This document shows positions 36,438 through 45,234 of a DNA stretch of 64,000 nt, piece after piece (the stretch's first letter is position 1; the number at the start of each line of letters is the position of its first letter). Origin of the DNA: Prochloraceae cyanobacterium (lineage in GTDB: Bacteria > Cyanobacteriota > Cyanobacteriia > PCC-6307 > Cyanobiaceae); NCBI GenBank assembly GCA_040377855.1, contig JBEINY010000001.1, positions 6,814-70,813 on the forward strand, in the 5' to 3' direction. The notes under the pieces were generated by a model that was given only the letters and a program-made list of their open reading frames with translations, was not told where the DNA came from and searched no databases. A program made the position numbers and the translations under genes.

Positions 36438-37247
36438 ATGGATCTGGGCCGAACGATCAACTGCCCGTACCCTCCGCCCCGGAGCGGGTCTTCGCTTTTA
36501 AGTTTCAGAAATCAGATCAGCCATGGCGGGGTTTTCGTGCAGGTGACGGCGCAGATCGCTCTGGTCGAACGACAGCGCACGCTCTCCAACGGCATCAGCC
36601 CCTGGCTGGGGCCGGTGGCGATGGTGGTCACCCAGGATCTGGTCCTTCCCTCCTATTTCAGGAATCTGGAGGTGCGGGGCCAGGAGCACCTTCCCCAGCG
36701 GGGGCCGGTGCTGCTGGCACCCACCCACAGGGCCCGGTGGGATGCCCTGATGCTGCCTTTCGGTGCTGGCCGCCGGGTCACCGGTCGCCATTGCCGCTTC
36801 ATGGTCAGCAGCGACGAGATGACAGGACTGCAGGGATGGTGCCTGCACCGCCTGGGCTGTTTTCCGGTGGACACCCGCCGGGCCGGCCCGGCCTCCCTGC
36901 GGTATGCCCTCGATCTCCTCCATCAGGGGGAGCAGCTGGTGATGTTCCCGGAAGGTCGGATTCAACAGAGCGATGATCCGATCAGCCTCCGCCCTGGCCT
37001 TTCACGGCTGGTGCAGCTTGCAGCCAGCCAGGGGGTGGCCGTGCCGGTGATCCCCGTGGGCATCGCCTATGCCCATGCCAGGCCCCGGTGGAGGGATCGG
37101 GCCGCGATCTGCTTCGGAGAGGCCCACCACCTCACGCAACCGGACCGGGAAGCGGCCCGGTCGTTCAACCAATCAGCGGCCAGCGCCATGCGGGCAGCCG
37201 AAAAGGTGGCTCGCACCCTGGTGGGACGCCCCCTGCCTGGCCCCTAG
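36438..37247 (+). CDS. 1-acyl-sn-glycerol-3-phosphate acyltransferase family protein
   Basis: Acyltransferase motif I HRARWD (HX4D) and motif III FPEGR are present. Length is 269 aa, and the N-terminus may be shorter than called. Confidence 0.85.
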   Translation: MDLGRTINCPYPPPRSGSSLLSFRNQISHGGVFVQVTAQIALVERQRTLSNGISPWLGPVAMVVTQDLVLPSYFRNLEVRGQEHLPQRGPVLLAPTHRARWDALMLPFGAGRRVTGRHCRFMVSSDEMTGLQGWCLHRLGCFPVDTRRAGPASLRYALDLLHQGEQLVMFPEGRIQQSDDPISLRPGLSRLVQLAASQGVAVPVIPVGIAYAHARPRWRDRAAICFGEAHHLTQPDREAARSFNQSAASAMRAAEKVARTLVGRPLPGP

Positions 37248-37272
37248 AGTTCCGGTCCCTTGACCGACTGCC

Positions 37273-37809
37273 GTGTCCCGGCCCCTCGTCGCCCTCGGCC
37301 TTTCCCTGACGGCCCTGGCCGCCCCCCTGCTGAGCGCCGGTGCAGTCGGCGCCCAGGCCACTGCGCCCGTCAAGACCCTGGAGGCTCCCGGAGCCGCCTT
37401 CAACATCGGCTCCGTCAAGGCGCTCCTGGCCAAGGGTGATGCCGCAGCGGCCGCCGGCAACCTCACCCAGGCCAATGCGTCCTACGACCAGGCCCGAGAC
37501 CTCTGCCGCAAGCTCCTTCCCTGGTTTGTGGGGCTGGCCAGTTCCTTCCGGGGTCTGGATGCCCGGATCCCCAGGGAGATGGATGCCAAAGGCCGGGAGG
37601 TGCTGGAGCTTCAGGTGATGGCCAACCTGAGGCTGGCCGCGATCTATCGCCGCCTGAACCAGCCGGAAGTGGCGGTGCCCCTGCTGGTGGAAGTGGTGAA
37701 GCTGGTCACCCCAGCCTCCCCCGATGGCATCAAGGCCTACCAGACCCTGGTTGAACTCGGCTTCGTGTCCACCCCCTACGCCGGCGCCACCTCGGAAGGC
37801 ACCAAATGA
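37273..37809 (+). CDS. secreted hypothetical protein (signal peptide, helical/TPR-like)
   Basis: GTG start. The signal peptide SRPLVALGLSLTALAAPLLSAGAVGAQA is followed by an Ala/Leu-rich helical protein. No family recognised. Confidence 0.55.
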   Translation: MSRPLVALGLSLTALAAPLLSAGAVGAQATAPVKTLEAPGAAFNIGSVKALLAKGDAAAAAGNLTQANASYDQARDLCRKLLPWFVGLASSFRGLDARIPREMDAKGREVLELQVMANLRLAAIYRRLNQPEVAVPLLVEVVKLVTPASPDGIKAYQTLVELGFVSTPYAGATSEGTK

Positions 37810-37878
37810 GCCTGGCGATGGGCCGGGCCTGTCCCTGTCTGCCTAAAGTCTGAATTCCTCTGCTGTTGCCATTCATCC

Positions 37879-38112
37879 ATGGTTCATCCCGATCAGGTCA
37901 AGGCAGCGATCGTTGCGGCCCTGCCCGACGCATCGGTGAGCGTGGAGGATCTCACCGGCGGTGGTGATCATCTCCAGGTGAGCGTGGTATCCACGGCCTT
38001 CAATGGCCTCAGCCGTGTCAAGCAGCACCAGCTTGTCTATGGGGCCCTGCGTCAGGAGCTGGCCACCGAAGCCATCCACGCCCTGGCCCTGCAGACCTCC
38101 CTTCCAACCTGA
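37879..38112 (+). CDS. BolA-family protein
   Basis: 77 aa. [32 protein letters not shown]......IHAL is the BolA signature, and the gene lies directly upstream of a monothiol glutaredoxin. Confidence 0.88.
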   Translation: MVHPDQVKAAIVAALPDASVSVEDLTGGGDHLQVSVVSTAFNGLSRVKQHQLVYGALRQELATEAIHALALQTSLPT

Positions 38113-38132
38113 GTCGTTTCCCATTTCCCGCC

Positions 38133-38456
38133 ATGGACTCCGCCACCAAGCAACGCATCGAAACCCTGATCGGCAGCAGCCAGGTTTTCGTGTTCATGAA
38201 GGGCAACAAGCTCATGCCCCAGTGCGGCTTCTCCAACAACGTCGTCCAGATTCTCAACTCCCTCGGCGTTCCCTTTGAAACCTTTGACGTGCTCTCCGAC
38301 ATGGTGATCCGCCAGGGAATCAAGGATTATTCCGAATGGCCAACGATTCCCCAGGTTTACGTCAATGGAGAGTTCATGGGCGGCTCCGATATTCTGATCG
38401 AGCTCTATAACTCGGGCGAATTACGGGAAACCCTGACCGTCGCCCTCGGATCCTGA
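38133..38456 (+). CDS. grxD: monothiol glutaredoxin (Grx4 family, CGFS active site)
   Basis: VFVFMKGNKLMPQCGFSNNVVQIL...WPTIPQVYVNGEFMGGSDI. Confidence 0.95.
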   Translation: MDSATKQRIETLIGSSQVFVFMKGNKLMPQCGFSNNVVQILNSLGVPFETFDVLSDMVIRQGIKDYSEWPTIPQVYVNGEFMGGSDILIELYNSGELRETLTVALGS

Positions 38457-38560
38457 GCCGTCAGCGAGGCTAGCTCGTCAGGCGTTCGGTTTCCTTTCGC
38501 TGACAGGACATCAGAGGCGTGGTGTCGACCGATCCCTGGCGGGACCCGTAGACACCCCGA

Positions 38561-38827
38561 TCAGTTCCGGCCTGTCTCGTAGAGGGTGCTCACGTCGCCG
38601 CCGGGCCCAATGAAGCTGGAAGGATCAAGGATCCAGCGGTCCACCAGTTCCTCCAACCGTCGCTGGGCGATCGGGTCGAGCAATTCAGTACGCCTGAGGG
38701 CATGGAGATAGCCGTCGGCGTAGAGACGAAGCTCGGAGGGCCCGTGATAGCGACTGGCCAGGTCCTGGCAGGCGTCGCACACCGATTGGAAGTGGCGGAT
38801 GGCGGTGGGATCCTGAAGGGCGGTCAT
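38561..38827 (-). CDS. conserved hypothetical protein
   Basis: 88 aa with an ATG start and balanced composition (MTALQDPTAIRHFQSVCDACQDLASRYHG...). No family assigned with confidence. Confidence 0.5.
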   Translation of the reverse strand: MTALQDPTAIRHFQSVCDACQDLASRYHGPSELRLYADGYLHALRRTELLDPIAQRRLEELVDRWILDPSSFIGPGGDVSTLYETGRN

Positions 38828-39020
38828 GAACGGTGGTGGAGCAGGGAACTGGGCCCGGGAGCCGGTTGACTGGCGGCAGCGCCTCGGCAGCTCCGGCGAC
38901 AGGCGTAAGGGCGGAGTCCTATAGGACCGTGAGAGGATGGGGTTGGATCAGGAGGGGACAGAACGAAAGGCATCGCCTGATACCAGCCTCCATCATGAAT
39001 GCTCATTAGCGTAGGAACAA

Positions 39021-39812
39021 TTGCCAGATCGAGTGGATCTCCCCCTGAGCCCTCAGACCAACACCAGCGGCTCCGGCACATCGGCCCTGCCAAGGCGGGT
39101 GCTGGTGGTGGAGCCCCACCCCACCCTGCGCACGGTGCTGGCCCAGAGGCTTCGTCAGGATGGGCACTTGGCTGCTGCTGTGGCCACGGCGCGGGAGGCC
39201 CTTGAGCTCTGCGACGAACAGGCCCCTGATCTGCTGGTGAGCGCTGAACTGCTTGAAGAAAGCAGTGCCCTGAGGCTGGCGGATCAACTGCGAGCCCCCG
39301 TGATGGTGCTCACGGCCCGCACGGGATCTGAACCGGTCGTGTCCCTCCTGGATGCCGGTGCCGCCGATGTGCTGCGCAAACCGTTCGGCCTCGAGGAAAT
39401 GGCTGCCCGTTGTCGCACCCTGTTGCGACGGGGCCACGGCAGTGGCCTTCAGGAGCGGGTCTGCGTCGGCCCCCTGGAAGTGCAGGTGCTGCTGCGCCAG
39501 GTGACCCTCCGGGATCAGCCGGTGGAACTCAGTCCCCGGGAATTCGCCCTGCTCTGTGCCCTGCTGATGCCGCCAGGCATGGTGCGCTCGAGGCAGGAGT
39601 TGCTGCGAATGGCCTGGCCTCCCTTCAGTGGTGGGCCCCGCTCCGTGGACACCCAGGTGCTCACCCTGCGGCGCAAGCTGGAGCAGGCCGGCCTGGGGGA
39701 AGGTGGCGGCATCGAAACCGTTCGGCAGCAGGGCTACCGCTTCAGCCTCGACACCCTGCCGGAATCCCCTGAACCAACCCCCGCCTCCCAGGCCCTGTTG
39801 GGCATGGGCTGA
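39021..39812 (+). CDS. OmpR-family winged-helix response regulator with a degenerate receiver acid pocket
   Basis: Receiver fold (VLVVEPHP...PDLLVSAELL...VMVLTAR...LRKPF) plus the C-terminal trans_reg_C domain (GPLEV...ELSPREFALLCALL...VDTQVLTLRRKL...IETVRQQGYRF). The start is uncertain because the track start is TTG. Confidence 0.85.
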   Translation: MPDRVDLPLSPQTNTSGSGTSALPRRVLVVEPHPTLRTVLAQRLRQDGHLAAAVATAREALELCDEQAPDLLVSAELLEESSALRLADQLRAPVMVLTARTGSEPVVSLLDAGAADVLRKPFGLEEMAARCRTLLRRGHGSGLQERVCVGPLEVQVLLRQVTLRDQPVELSPREFALLCALLMPPGMVRSRQELLRMAWPPFSGGPRSVDTQVLTLRRKLEQAGLGEGGGIETVRQQGYRFSLDTLPESPEPTPASQALLGMG

Positions 39813-39815
39813 CGA

Positions 39816-40340
39816 TCACGTCCCAGCCAACCCGGACCAGCCGATCAGCTTCAGGGGCAGCACAGCGGCTTCACCCGCCAACATCAGGCCGCACAGCACC
39901 GCCAGCAGTTGGTAGGTCCAAGGGGGCGTCAACCGGCCGATCGGACCTGTATGCAGGCCGGTGGCCCGGGTGATCTGAGCGAGGAAACCCTCCAAATCGG
40001 TCATCCGCTGGGGCAGAAGCCACGCCTCGCCATGGCGACAGCGGAGGTAATACACCCGGCCACCCTGGCTGGTGGCGACCGGCACGATGGAGGTGATCGT
40101 CTCCCAGTCGAGCTGCCAGCCCCGGCGCCCAAGCAACCAGCGACACCATGGAGCCGGCCCCACCTGGAGGGTGCGGCTGTCCCAGCGCACCTGCTCACTG
40201 GTGATCGCCAGCACCAGCAGCCCGCCCAAGGGCAGCGCCAGGGCCAGGGGCAGCTTCAGAGCAGCCGGCGCCAACACGGGGAGGGGAAGCACCAGGGCGA
40301 GATACAGGGCCACCAGGGTGCCGCGGATCAGGGGCTCCAT
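39816..40340 (-). CDS. hypothetical membrane protein
   Basis: The track start 40418 is TTG, and I prefer ATG 40340 (MEPLIRGTLVALYLALVLPLPVLAPAAL...). The protein has 2 N-terminal and 1-2 C-terminal TM helices. Confidence 0.5.
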   Translation of the reverse strand: MEPLIRGTLVALYLALVLPLPVLAPAALKLPLALALPLGGLLVLAITSEQVRWDSRTLQVGPAPWCRWLLGRRGWQLDWETITSIVPVATSQGGRVYYLRCRHGEAWLLPQRMTDLEGFLAQITRATGLHTGPIGRLTPPWTYQLLAVLCGLMLAGEAAVLPLKLIGWSGLAGT

Positions 40341-40414
40341 CCGGTGAAGCCCGCTGGGGGCGGTGCAATCCTGGGGCCGATCGTTTCCAGGGACTGGGTT
40401 GGAGGAGGAAAGGC

Positions 40415-40699
40415 TCAACGGTCTTCGGGGGAACCGGGCAAGGGTTCAACCAAGGATGGAGGCTGGTAGCGCCCCGTGAACACCTCCTGTTCGCGCCCCT
40501 TCCAGAACTCTCCAAGGCGCATCAGATCGGTGTGGGCCTCCTGCACCAGGCTCAGGTAGGCCTCCGGATCCATGGTGTCCTTGGCCTCCTTCAGCTTGGT
40601 GAGACGCAGCAGGTGCCACATCCAGGGCTTGCCGAGTTCACCCCGCTGCTCGAGGTAGCGGGCCAGATCGGCGGAGCTGGGGGTGGGGGTGGAGCTCAT
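40415..40699 (-). CDS. conserved hypothetical protein
   Basis: 94 aa with an ATG start and coding-like composition (…LARYLEQRGELGKPWMWHLLRLTKLKEAKD…). No family assigned. Confidence 0.5.
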   Translation of the reverse strand: MSSTPTPSSADLARYLEQRGELGKPWMWHLLRLTKLKEAKDTMDPEAYLSLVQEAHTDLMRLGEFWKGREQEVFTGRYQPPSLVEPLPGSPEDR

Positions 40700-40770
40700 C
40701 GCAAGGACAGCGTGGAGCCCAGCCTATGGAGGCCATCAGGTCGGTTGTGGTCGCCCGGCGAGGCCGGCCC

Positions 40771-42375
40771 TCAGGCGGGCAGGGCCCAGGGATTGAGCCC
40801 CAGGTCGGCACCGATCCGATGGGAGCAGGCATAGCCACTGAACGCCACCGCATTGAGACCTTGGCCGGGGAAACAGGAATCCCCCACGCAATAAAGACCG
40901 GCAATGCCGGTGCGGTTGAAGGGCATCGGCAGCAGACCGGGCAGCCGCTGGGAGGGAATCGGCCCATAGCTGCCGCCCATGCGACCCAGGAACCGGCGAT
41001 GGCTGCGGGGAGTGCCCACTTCCCGGTGCTCAATGGCCGCCCCGAGGCCCGGAAGGATCGCCTCAAGCCTGGCGATCAGGCGATCGGCCGCCTCCTGCTT
41101 GGCCGCCCTGTAGGCGGATGGACTGAGGCCCTCCCAAAAGCCCATGCGGGAAGGGGTGAAGGTGTGCACGATCTGGCGACCGGCCGGTGCCAGGTCGGGA
41201 TCCAGCAGGGTCGGGATCGACACAAAAATCGTGCCCTGCTCAGCCTCCATCTCCTCCCAGCGCTCCAGCAGCAGGTGATGGCAATGGGTGCCGGGCGGCA
41301 CGACCTCGGCCCGCACCCCGAGATGCAGGGATAAAAACGAGGGTGAGGGCCCATAGCGGCGGCGCCAGCGGGTCTCGGAGCCAGGGGTCTGGGCTGGCGC
41401 CACCAGGGGCCTCGCCACCGCCCCTTCCCCATCCGGGGCACCGGCAAAGGTGTCCCAGCGGGTGGCATTGCTCACCACGCGCCTGGCATGGATCGTTTCC
41501 CCACCAGCAAGGCGTACCCCCACGGCCCGTCCACCGTCGAGCAGCACCTCCGTCACCCGGGCCCGATAGCGGATGGCACCGCCATGGCGCTCCAGGCCGG
41601 AGACCAACTTGCGGGCGATCACCCCGACACCGCCGCGGGGGTAGTTGATGCCTCCGGCATGACGGTCGGAGAAGACCATGCCGGCATTGATCATCGGCGT
41701 CAGATCAGCCGGCACCACCGACCAGCAGTAGCACTCCATGTCGATCAGCTTCAGGAGCTGCGGATCCCGGAGGTGACGGCGCGCCACCTCCCCCACATTC
41801 ACCGGCAGCCAGCGGGCGAGGCCAAGGCAGGCCAGGGGAGCGCGCAGGAACACCTTCGCCAGGTACGCCGGATCCTCTAGCGAGAGAAGCGGCATCGCAT
41901 CGAGACAGCGGAAAACGCTCCAGCAGGTTTCGTAGAAGGCGCGAATGCCCCTGGCTTCATGGGGGAAGAGGGCCGAGAGCCGGGCCACGAAACTCTCGTA
42001 ATCACGATCCACGGCCAGCTGCAGGCCGCCGGGCAGGTGGTACTCCAGCTGCACCGGATCGGGGATGGTGTCGCAGTGCTCCCCCACATCGGCGAGGGCA
42101 CGGGTGAGCAGGTTGGTGTGGCCCCGATCCCCGAAGCCAAAGATCATCGAGGCGCCCACATCAAAGGTGTAGCCCCCCCGCTCGAAGCTGCCGCCACTGC
42201 CCCCCGGGATCAGGTATCGCTCCAGCACCAGCACCTTCGCGCCCTTGGCAGCCAGTTGGCTGGCGGTCACCAGGCCGCCGATCCCGGCACCGATCACCAC
42301 CACATCCCAAGGGGACGGTCCGGAACCGGCACCCTCGGTGGCGGTGGGGGCAGGGGACGGAGAGGAGACGATCAA
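40771..42375 (-). CDS. crtH: carotenoid (prolycopene) isomerase, phytoene-desaturase superfamily
   Basis: DVVVIGAGIGGLVTASQLAAKGAKVLVLERYLIPGGSGGSFERGGYTFDVGASMIFGFG, then the C-terminal GLYCVGDSCFPGQGLNAVAFSG. The ~530-aa length is typical of CrtH/CRTISO. Confidence 0.88.
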   Translation of the reverse strand: MIVSSPSPAPTATEGAGSGPSPWDVVVIGAGIGGLVTASQLAAKGAKVLVLERYLIPGGSGGSFERGGYTFDVGASMIFGFGDRGHTNLLTRALADVGEHCDTIPDPVQLEYHLPGGLQLAVDRDYESFVARLSALFPHEARGIRAFYETCWSVFRCLDAMPLLSLEDPAYLAKVFLRAPLACLGLARWLPVNVGEVARRHLRDPQLLKLIDMECYCWSVVPADLTPMINAGMVFSDRHAGGINYPRGGVGVIARKLVSGLERHGGAIRYRARVTEVLLDGGRAVGVRLAGGETIHARRVVSNATRWDTFAGAPDGEGAVARPLVAPAQTPGSETRWRRRYGPSPSFLSLHLGVRAEVVPPGTHCHHLLLERWEEMEAEQGTIFVSIPTLLDPDLAPAGRQIVHTFTPSRMGFWEGLSPSAYRAAKQEAADRLIARLEAILPGLGAAIEHREVGTPRSHRRFLGRMGGSYGPIPSQRLPGLLPMPFNRTGIAGLYCVGDSCFPGQGLNAVAFSGYACSHRIGADLGLNPWALPA

Positions 42376-42401
42376 CGGAGGCAGGCTCGCTGGCGCTGAC
42401 C

Positions 42402-43793
42402 CTAGGAAGCCACCAGGGCAGGGGCAGGCGCCGTTGGGCTGAGAAACGGCTCCAGGTGGACCAGGGCCCGATCCCGGTAGGCGCCGTAGCGCTCCCGCTT
42501 GCCCTTGATCCGCTCGGGAAGCTCCGGCATCAGACCGAAGTTGGGGGGCATCGGCTGGAATTTCTGGGTGGGGGCGCTGGCGATGAAATGGGTGAGGGCA
42601 CCGATCATCGTGGTGGGCGGCAGGCTGATCGGCTCCAGACCCCGCACCAGGCGAGCCGCATTGGTGCCCGCCAGCCAGCCTCCAGCGACGGCGGCGGCGT
42701 ACCCCTCGGTTCCCGTGATCTGACCTGCGGCCAGGAGGCTCGGACGACGGCGGAACTGGAGGGTCGGATCGAGCAGCTGGGGCGACTCGAGGAAGGTGTT
42801 GCGGTGCATCACCCCGAAGCGCACGAATTCAGCGTTCTCCAACCCGGGAATCAGACGCAGCACCCGTTTCTGTTCACCCCAGCGGAGATTGGTCTGGAAG
42901 CCGACCAGATTCCAGAGGCGGCCATCCCTGTCCTCCTGGCGGAGCTGCACCACCGCGTGGGCGCGGTGGGCGCGGCGCACGTCCCGGTCATTGACATCAC
43001 CCCAGCGGGGATCCCAGAGCCCGATCGGCTTCAGCGGGCCGTAGCGCATGGTGTCCTCACCGCGCCGGGCAAGCTCCTCAATCGGCAGGCAGCCCTCGAA
43101 GAAGGTTGCCTGACCGGTCTCGAAGTCCTTGAGCTCGGCCTGCTCGGCCTCCAGCAGGGCATCGCGGAAGAGGCGGTATTGCGCCTCCGTCATCGGGCAA
43201 TTGATGTAGTCGGCGTCGCCCTTGTCGTAGCGGGAGGCGCGGAAGGCGACGGTGAGGTCGATGCTCTCCCCCTCGACGATCGGGCTGGCGGCATCGAAGA
43301 AATGGCAGTCGGCCAGCCCGGTGAAGGCACGAAGCTGGTCAGCAAGGGGCTCACTGGTGAGGGGGCCCGTGGCGAGCACGGCGATCTGGCCAGCGCCAGG
43401 AAGCTCCGTGGCCTCCAGGCGCTCCACCGTCACCAGGGGATGCTGCTCCAGGATGGCGGTGAGGGCAGCGCTGTATCGGCCACGATCGACAGCCAAGGCC
43501 CCACCGGCGGGCACGGCATGGCTGTCAGCGGTGCGGATCACCAGGGAGCCAAGGCGCCGAAGCTCTTCCTGAAGCAGGCCGGCCGCCCGATCGCTGGAGA
43601 GGGCTCCAAAGCTGTTGCTGCAGACCAGTTCCGCGAAATCGGGGCTGTGATGGGCTGGAGAGCGACGCAAAGGGCGCATCTCCAGCAACTTCACGGGAAT
43701 GCCTGCTTCAGCGATCTGCCAGGCAGCCTCCGTACCAGCCAATCCGGCCCCGATGACGAGCACCGGCGCCGGTCCTGATCCTGTTTCCGACAC
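42402..43793 (-). CDS. trmFO: methylenetetrahydrofolate--tRNA-(uracil54-C5)-methyltransferase
   Basis: [19 protein letters not shown]...ELVCSNSFG...[12 protein letters not shown]-type motifs (here [13 protein letters not shown]). GTG start, 463 aa. Confidence 0.95.
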   Translation of the reverse strand: MSETGSGPAPVLVIGAGLAGTEAAWQIAEAGIPVKLLEMRPLRRSPAHHSPDFAELVCSNSFGALSSDRAAGLLQEELRRLGSLVIRTADSHAVPAGGALAVDRGRYSAALTAILEQHPLVTVERLEATELPGAGQIAVLATGPLTSEPLADQLRAFTGLADCHFFDAASPIVEGESIDLTVAFRASRYDKGDADYINCPMTEAQYRLFRDALLEAEQAELKDFETGQATFFEGCLPIEELARRGEDTMRYGPLKPIGLWDPRWGDVNDRDVRRAHRAHAVVQLRQEDRDGRLWNLVGFQTNLRWGEQKRVLRLIPGLENAEFVRFGVMHRNTFLESPQLLDPTLQFRRRPSLLAAGQITGTEGYAAAVAGGWLAGTNAARLVRGLEPISLPPTTMIGALTHFIASAPTQKFQPMPPNFGLMPELPERIKGKRERYGAYRDRALVHLEPFLSPTAPAPALVAS

Positions 43794-43832
43794 TGCCTGC
43801 TGCCCCGTTGCCAGCCCTCAGGCTATGGGCCT

Positions 43833-43857
43833 GCCATGCCCCGAGGGGCTGCATGGC
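43833..43857 (-). terminator. stem-loop downstream of psbY
   Basis: gccatgc (43833-43839) pairs with gcatggc (43851-43857), with extra inner ccc/ggg pairing. It lies 14 nt past the psbY stop and has no obvious U-tract. Confidence 0.35.
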
Positions 43858-43870
43858 AAAGGCGAGATGC

Positions 43871-43993
43871 TCAGGCGCGGGCGCGCTTGATCAGCAGCTG
43901 CAGTTGCCCCACGGCAGCACGGCCGATGTTGAAGGCGGCCCAGGCCACCGCCAGCAGGACAGGGGTGGCAACAAGCAGAAGCCGAGCGTCCAT
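43871..43993 (-). CDS. psbY: photosystem II protein Y
   Basis: The track ORF 43871..44092 was trimmed to ATG 43993, giving MDARLLLVATPVLLAVAWAAFNIGRAAVGQLQLLIKRARA. That is 40 aa with a single TM helix and the PsbY AAFNIG motif. Confidence 0.8.
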   Translation of the reverse strand: MDARLLLVATPVLLAVAWAAFNIGRAAVGQLQLLIKRARA

Positions 43994-44116
43994 GGCTGGA
44001 TCAAAACAAGCGTTTGTGGATCTTAAGGACCCCTGCGCCATCTCCGCCCCCAAAAGGGAAACCTCGATGGGTTTTGCAGCAAACCAGGGCAAGTCCCGGG
44101 GAACTGGGGGCAGGGA

Positions 44117-44674
44117 TCACGGCACCCGGAAACCGATGTCCTGGCTGCGGCCGGCATGGGCATCGGCCAACTGGCGATACCGGCGGGCGTGCTGACGCTG
44201 CTCAAGCACGGCCTCAGCACTCAGTTCACGGCGCACCGTGGCTGGCGCCCCCATCACCACGGCGGCCGCGGGCACATCCCGGGTGACCACCGAGCCTGCC
44301 CCCACCAGGGCCCCGGCGCCGACGGTGACCCCATTGAGCACGATCGCACCGATGCCGATCAGGCAGCCCTCCTCCAGGGTGGCGCCATGGATGACGGCCC
44401 GGTGGCCGACCGTCACATCCCCATGAATCAGCACCGGATGGCCTGGATCGCCATGGAGGATGGCGCCGTCCTGCACATTGCTGCCGGCACCGATGTGAAC
44501 CGGGCAGACATCACCGCGGGCCACGGCCGTGGGCCAGAGACTCGCTCCCGCCTCGAGGGTCACATCGCCGATCAGCACCGCCGATGGCGCCACCCAGGCG
44601 TCGGCATGGATCCTGGGCTCCGGCCAGGGAGTGGCAGGGGAGGTCACGGGATCCGGCAGCGATGGTGGAGCCAT
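44117..44674 (-). CDS. gamma-carbonic-anhydrase-like hexapeptide-repeat protein
   Basis: A left-handed beta-helix repeat run (VAPSAVLIGDVTLEAGASLWPTAVARGD...IGAGSNVQDGAILHG...VGHRAVIHGATLEEGCLIGIGAIVLNGVTVG) of 185 aa. Confidence 0.88.
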   Translation of the reverse strand: MAPPSLPDPVTSPATPWPEPRIHADAWVAPSAVLIGDVTLEAGASLWPTAVARGDVCPVHIGAGSNVQDGAILHGDPGHPVLIHGDVTVGHRAVIHGATLEEGCLIGIGAIVLNGVTVGAGALVGAGSVVTRDVPAAAVVMGAPATVRRELSAEAVLEQRQHARRYRQLADAHAGRSQDIGFRVP

Positions 44675-44776
44675 CCATTCTCGTCCTGCGGCCCCCCTGA
44701 CCAGGGATCTGGCCGCCGGCTGGGGCCCCCCTGGGTGATAAGTTTCTGAAAGCCCGACAGGGCTGCCCAGATGGGC

Positions 44777-44848
44777 GGGTCGCTAGCTCAGCGGTAGAGC
44801 ACTCGGCTTTTAACCGATTGGTCCTGAGTTCGAATCTCAGGCGACCCA
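44777..44848 (+). tRNA. tRNA-Lys (anticodon UUU)
   Basis: I folded a manual cloverleaf. The acceptor gggtcgc pairs with gcgaccc. The D arm is gctc-agcggta-gagc. The anticodon arm is ctcgg-cTTTTaa-ccgat, with TTT at positions 34-36. The T arm is ctgag-ttcgaat-ctcag. The discriminator is A and there is no encoded CCA. Confidence 0.93.
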
Positions 44849-44911
44849 TGTTCAACCATTCATGCCTGCAATCAGCTGGGCAGGATGTTCAGGTTTGGCT
44901 TGATTCATGGC

Positions 44912-44938
44912 GGCCTGGCTTGATGCAAAAGCCAGGCC
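44912..44938 (+). terminator. hairpin downstream of tRNA-Lys
   Basis: ggcctggctt-gatgcaa-aagccaggcc forms a 10-bp perfect stem with a 7-nt loop, followed by attt. Confidence 0.45.
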
Positions 44939-45234
44939 ATTTCGATGGAGCCACCCGACGCACTCCATCCAGCTGACGGGCTTCGACCGGCCCCTCAGGC
45001 AACACGCTGACTGAGAACCTCAGCCGAGCGAATCAATTGGCGAACCCCATCAGAGCCACACCTTTGTTGGCTTACCGGAAAACCAGATGGATGGCCACCT
45101 CCTCCAGCAACAAGGCACCAAGATCCAAGCTCATGGCACCTGGATTTTGGTGCCCCCATTCATCATCAGACGTCTTGAGTAGGTCATCAGCATCGGGGCA
45201 TCACAATCGGGGCATGAGCCTCCGATGATCAGGT

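Noticed and set aside
43871-44092. The full 73-aa ORF containing psbY.
   Set aside because: Only the last 40 aa match PsbY. The upstream 33 aa have no PsbY counterpart, and an in-frame ATG at 43993 gives the canonical length.
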